This document shows, one piece after another, positions 28,250 to 32,000 of a DNA stretch of 32,000 bases. Below the pieces are notes generated by a model. The model ran no database searches and had not been told where the DNA came from. It saw only the letters and a program-made list of their open reading frames with translations. The DNA lies in NCBI RefSeq assembly GCF_000009045.1, contig NC_000964.3, positions 1,650,001-1,682,000 of the forward strand. Direction: 5' to 3'. The number at the start of each line of letters is the position of its first letter. The stretch's first letter is position 1. Source of the DNA: Bacillus subtilis subsp. subtilis str. 168 (GTDB taxonomy: Bacteria > Bacillota > Bacilli > Bacillales > Bacillaceae). Both the position numbers and the translations under genes were made by a program.

Positions 28250-29980
28250 ATGAACATACGAAATGATGTGCAAAAGGCGCTGCAGCACCTTTTCGGGCGT
28301 ACAGCCGTCCCGCAGGAAACATCAAAAGTAAACGAAGCGCTAAACGGGGAGAAGCGTCTCCTCTTAGGAAAAGTGCTTCGTTTACTAGGAGATCAGCATG
28401 CCCTGATCCAAGTCGGCAATCAAACTGTTCAGGGAAAACTTGAAACTCAGCTTCGTCCTCAGGCATACTATTGGTTTTCCTACGAAAAAAAAACGGCAGA
28501 GCAAACAGGCCGTCTTCAGGTCGTTCAAAGCTTTGATCAAAATCCTAAAACCATTCAGGATGCAGCTGGCAAACTTTTAAATGCTATTTCAGTGAAGACG
28601 TCAAACGCAGCTCTCATGATGACAGGAGCGATGCTGAAAAGCAAAACACCCGTAACAGAAAATGATATCAAAACAGCTGTCCGCTGGATGGACACGCTGC
28701 CTTCGCAAGACACAAAAAAAGCAGTTGAAACGGTTCTCTTCGCTTTAAAGCGTGATCTTCCCATTCACTCCGAGATTTTGAATGGTGTTCACGCTGTGAA
28801 ATCGCCTGTTCCGTTGCATCAGCACGTATCCCAGCTGCTACAGGCAATCGACCAAAACCCTCAGCAGAGCCAAATGATGTCAAAGCTAAAGGAAGCAGTC
28901 ACGGTGCTTTTAAATAGTGAAATCGATGTCCATGCAGAACGGCTGATTGATAAGCTTATTTCTTTAACCGACAATACGAAAGCACCTTCTCCGACGAATA
29001 CAGCTGGAAGCAGGGAGCTTAGCACACCAGCTGGCTCCCCCGGAAAAGCCAGCCTGCCGATTGCAAATCACACAGCAGAACAGGGAAGCATACAAGAAGA
29101 GCCTGTTAAAACAGCAGCAGACATTCCAATTAAAGAAGCCCGCCAGCTGCTGGTGAAGCTGACGGAATCTGCTGAAAAAAACAGTCTCCAAATTGTGAAA
29201 GAAGCAGCAAATTGGATTAAAGCGGCTGCTTCATCGGGTGATAGTAAGTCACTTGCAGCTTCAGCTGTTTTACAGGCGGCACAAGTCACAGATCAGGAAG
29301 CCGAAGTCTTTTTAAAGGCTGTTCAGCAGACAGCACCCCATTTGGCGGATAAGGCAGATGTTCTTTCTTTCTTATCCAAAGTGAAAACGGCAATCGGCGC
29401 AAGGGACGAGGTTGCGTTCATTAAAGCGTTTGAACAAGGAAGCGCAGTCACATCTGGCGAAATGCAATCCATCAAGCTGGCTCTTTCTGCCTTAAGAGCA
29501 TCGCATGAGGTAGCCGAACCAGTCAAACAAGAAGCCGATCAGCTTTTTCATAAATTAAATGGCCAGCTTTTCATGCAGCAGGACCATCCATCATACAGCC
29601 AAATTGTAATGTCATTTCCGATGTTTTCGAAGTCAGGGGTTCAGGACATGACTGTTCTGTTTAAAGGAAAGAAAGAAGCGGATGGAAAGCTTGATCCTTC
29701 CCATTGCCGCCTTTTGTTTTTGCTGCAGCTTGATACACTAAAAGAAACCGTCGTTGATTGCTTGGTACAGCAAAAAGTCATGACCATTACAATAGAGACT
29801 GATTTCGAGCTGCAGGCTGCGATCGATCCGATGGTGCCCGCGCTTAAACAGGGGCTAAAGGAAATGGGGTACAGCCTTTCAGGGGTAAACGCTAAAAAAA
29901 GGGTTCACACCGAAGAAAAGGCTTCAATCGATCAATATATAACAAGTATCAGTGATCAGGAAGTGGATGTGAAAATATGA
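28250..29980 (+). CDS. ylqG: Uncharacterised soluble protein with FliK-like (hook-length control) architecture
   Basis: I moved the start from 28082 (inside rnhB) to ATG 28250 (MNIRNDVQKALQHL...), 9 nt after AAGGAGG. The product is 576 aa with no signal peptide or TM segment. It has a central P/S/T-rich low-complexity linker. The C-terminal segment is ...CRLLFLLQLDTLKETVVDCLVQQKVMTITIETDFELQAAIDPMVPALKQGLKEMGYSLSGVNA. It resembles the FliK C-terminal domain pattern (L.L.P..LG.V.V......V.....A......L...L..L...L...G..L..V.V). Confidence 0.8.
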   Translation: MNIRNDVQKALQHLFGRTAVPQETSKVNEALNGEKRLLLGKVLRLLGDQHALIQVGNQTVQGKLETQLRPQAYYWFSYEKKTAEQTGRLQVVQSFDQNPKTIQDAAGKLLNAISVKTSNAALMMTGAMLKSKTPVTENDIKTAVRWMDTLPSQDTKKAVETVLFALKRDLPIHSEILNGVHAVKSPVPLHQHVSQLLQAIDQNPQQSQMMSKLKEAVTVLLNSEIDVHAERLIDKLISLTDNTKAPSPTNTAGSRELSTPAGSPGKASLPIANHTAEQGSIQEEPVKTAADIPIKEARQLLVKLTESAEKNSLQIVKEAANWIKAAASSGDSKSLAASAVLQAAQVTDQEAEVFLKAVQQTAPHLADKADVLSFLSKVKTAIGARDEVAFIKAFEQGSAVTSGEMQSIKLALSALRASHEVAEPVKQEADQLFHKLNGQLFMQQDHPSYSQIVMSFPMFSKSGVQDMTVLFKGKKEADGKLDPSHCRLLFLLQLDTLKETVVDCLVQQKVMTITIETDFELQAAIDPMVPALKQGLKEMGYSLSGVNAKKRVHTEEKASIDQYITSISDQEVDVKI

Positions 29981-30258
29981 AAGAGCAGACACCGATCAGA
30001 AAAGCTGTTGCTCTCCATTATGACGAACAAAAAGACAAGGCGCCGAGAGTGATTGCCACAGGGAAGGGCCATGTAGCTGACAACATTATAAAAGAAGCGA
30101 AAAAAGCAGGGGTCCCGATTCAAGAAGATCGGACCCTTGTCGAATTAATGCGCCATTTGACGGTAGATGATCAAATTCCTGAAGCTCTTTATGAAACGGT
30201 AGCCGAGATTTTTTCATTCATTTACAAATTGGACGAAAGCGTAAAAAACAAAAAATAG
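29977..30258 (+). CDS. ylqH: Stand-alone FlhB/EscU/YscU C-terminal-domain protein (no membrane domain)
   Basis: 93 aa with an ATGA overlap on the ylqG stop. The segments AVALHYD, APRVIATGKG, AKKAGVPIQED and QIPEALYETVAEIFSFIY align with the conserved cytoplasmic C-terminus of FlhB-family export-switch proteins. Confidence 0.85.
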   Translation: MKEQTPIRKAVALHYDEQKDKAPRVIATGKGHVADNIIKEAKKAGVPIQEDRTLVELMRHLTVDDQIPEALYETVAEIFSFIYKLDESVKNKK

Positions 30259-30351
30259 CTAAAATATTCCCCATCCTTCTTTGAAATTTATGTTTTTAAT
30301 AAAGTAAAAGTTTGAATGTTTAGAAGGATTAAAAGATTTTGCATCGAACTG

Positions 30352-30381
30352 TAGACAATTCTTCCAGTATTATTATAGAAT
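30352..30381 (+). promoter_or_regulatory. Candidate SigA promoter of sucCD (TAGACA-18-TAGAAT)
   Basis: The -35 TAGACA is at 30352-30357 and the -10 TAGAAT at 30376-30381, with an 18-nt spacer in an AT-rich 170-nt gap. Confidence 0.35.
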
Positions 30382-30394
30382 GAAAGCGCAGTCT
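30380..30394 (+). promoter_or_regulatory. Candidate catabolite-responsive element (cre, CcpA site)
   Basis: ATGAAAGCGCAGTCT satisfies every fixed position of the degenerate cre consensus WTGNAANCGNWNNCW. It overlaps the putative -10/+1. sucCD is known to be glucose-repressed via CcpA in B. subtilis. Confidence 0.5.
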
Positions 30395-30430
30395 ATTTTA
30401 GTTTTGTTACATAAGTTAGGAGGATGGGAA

Positions 30431-31588
<1,158 letters not shown>

Positions 31589-31616
31589 GAAAGAATGAAA
31601 GGCAGGGGACCAAATA

Positions 31617-32000
31617 ATGAGTGTTTTCATTAATAAAGATACAAGAGTTATTGTGCAAGGGATTACAGGTTCTACCGCTTTATTTCATACGAAGCAGATG
31701 CTTGAATACGGCACAAATATCGTTGGCGGTGTAACACCTGGAAAAGGCGGAACAGAAGCGGAAGGTGTTCCTGTATTTAATACAGTGGCTGAAGCAGTTC
31801 AAACAACCGGCGCTAACGCGTCTGTTATATATGTGCCCGCACCGTTTGCAGCTGATGCGATTATGGAAGCGGTAGATGCGGAGCTTGATCTCGTGATTTG
31901 TATCACAGAACATATCCCGGTTTTGGATATGGTGAAGGTCAAACGCTTCATGGAAGGCAAGAAAACGAGACTGATAGGGCCGAACTGTCCTGGTGTCATT
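31617..32000 (+). CDS. sucD: Succinyl-CoA synthetase alpha subunit, N-terminal fragment (3' end outside window)
   Basis: This gene is absent from the ORF track because no stop falls in the window. My translation from ATG 31617 is [61 protein letters not shown]...[10 protein letters not shown], a classic CoA-binding N-terminus. The frame stays open to the window edge. Confidence 0.95.
   Translation, partial: MSVFINKDTRVIVQGITGSTALFHTKQMLEYGTNIVGGVTPGKGGTEAEGVPVFNTVAEAVQTTGANASVIYVPAPFAADAIMEAVDAELDLVICITEHIPVLDMVKVKRFMEGKKTRLIGPNCPGVI

Overview
This window reads as a core, almost entirely co-directional housekeeping stretch of a Bacillus subtilis-group chromosome. I recognise the proteins and their order: rlmN(3' end)-prpC-prkC-cpgA-rpe-thiN-spoVM-(rpmB, minus)-yloU-yloV-sdaAB-sdaAA-recG-fapR-plsX-fabD-fabG-acpA-rnc-smc-ftsY-(ylqB, minus)-ylxM-ffh-rpsP-ylqC-ylqD-rimM-trmD-rplS-rbgA-rnhB-ylqG-ylqH-sucC-sucD(5' end). 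I see no tRNA or rRNA genes, CRISPR array, transposase or integrase, prophage remnant, or recognisable defence or toxin module. Several ORF-track entries are over-extended at the 5' end, and I re-placed those starts on the Met that follows a Shine-Dalgarno (SD) sequence: thiN, sdaAA, fapR, plsX, fabG, rnc, rimM, rplS, sucC, ylqG and ylqB. Two real genes are missing from the track. One is the 26-codon spoVM. The other is the 5' part of sucD, which runs off the window. Most of the window is ordinary, well-understood biology. The pieces I consider under-explained are listed below, best first. (1) The translationally coupled ylqG-ylqH pair is a soluble FliK-like 'ruler' protein plus a free-standing FlhB C-terminal-domain protein, attached to the rbgA-rnhB unit and outside the flagellar operon. 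(2) The reverse-strand secreted protein ylqB lies behind a near-consensus SigD-type promoter. (3) The rplS leader has a duplicated module that copies the rplS translation start. (4) A parS-like 14/16 palindrome sits at the sdaAA/recG junction. (5) An 11-bp anti-SD complementarity lies upstream of the sucC promoter. None of these is proven novel from sequence alone, and each needs the stated check.
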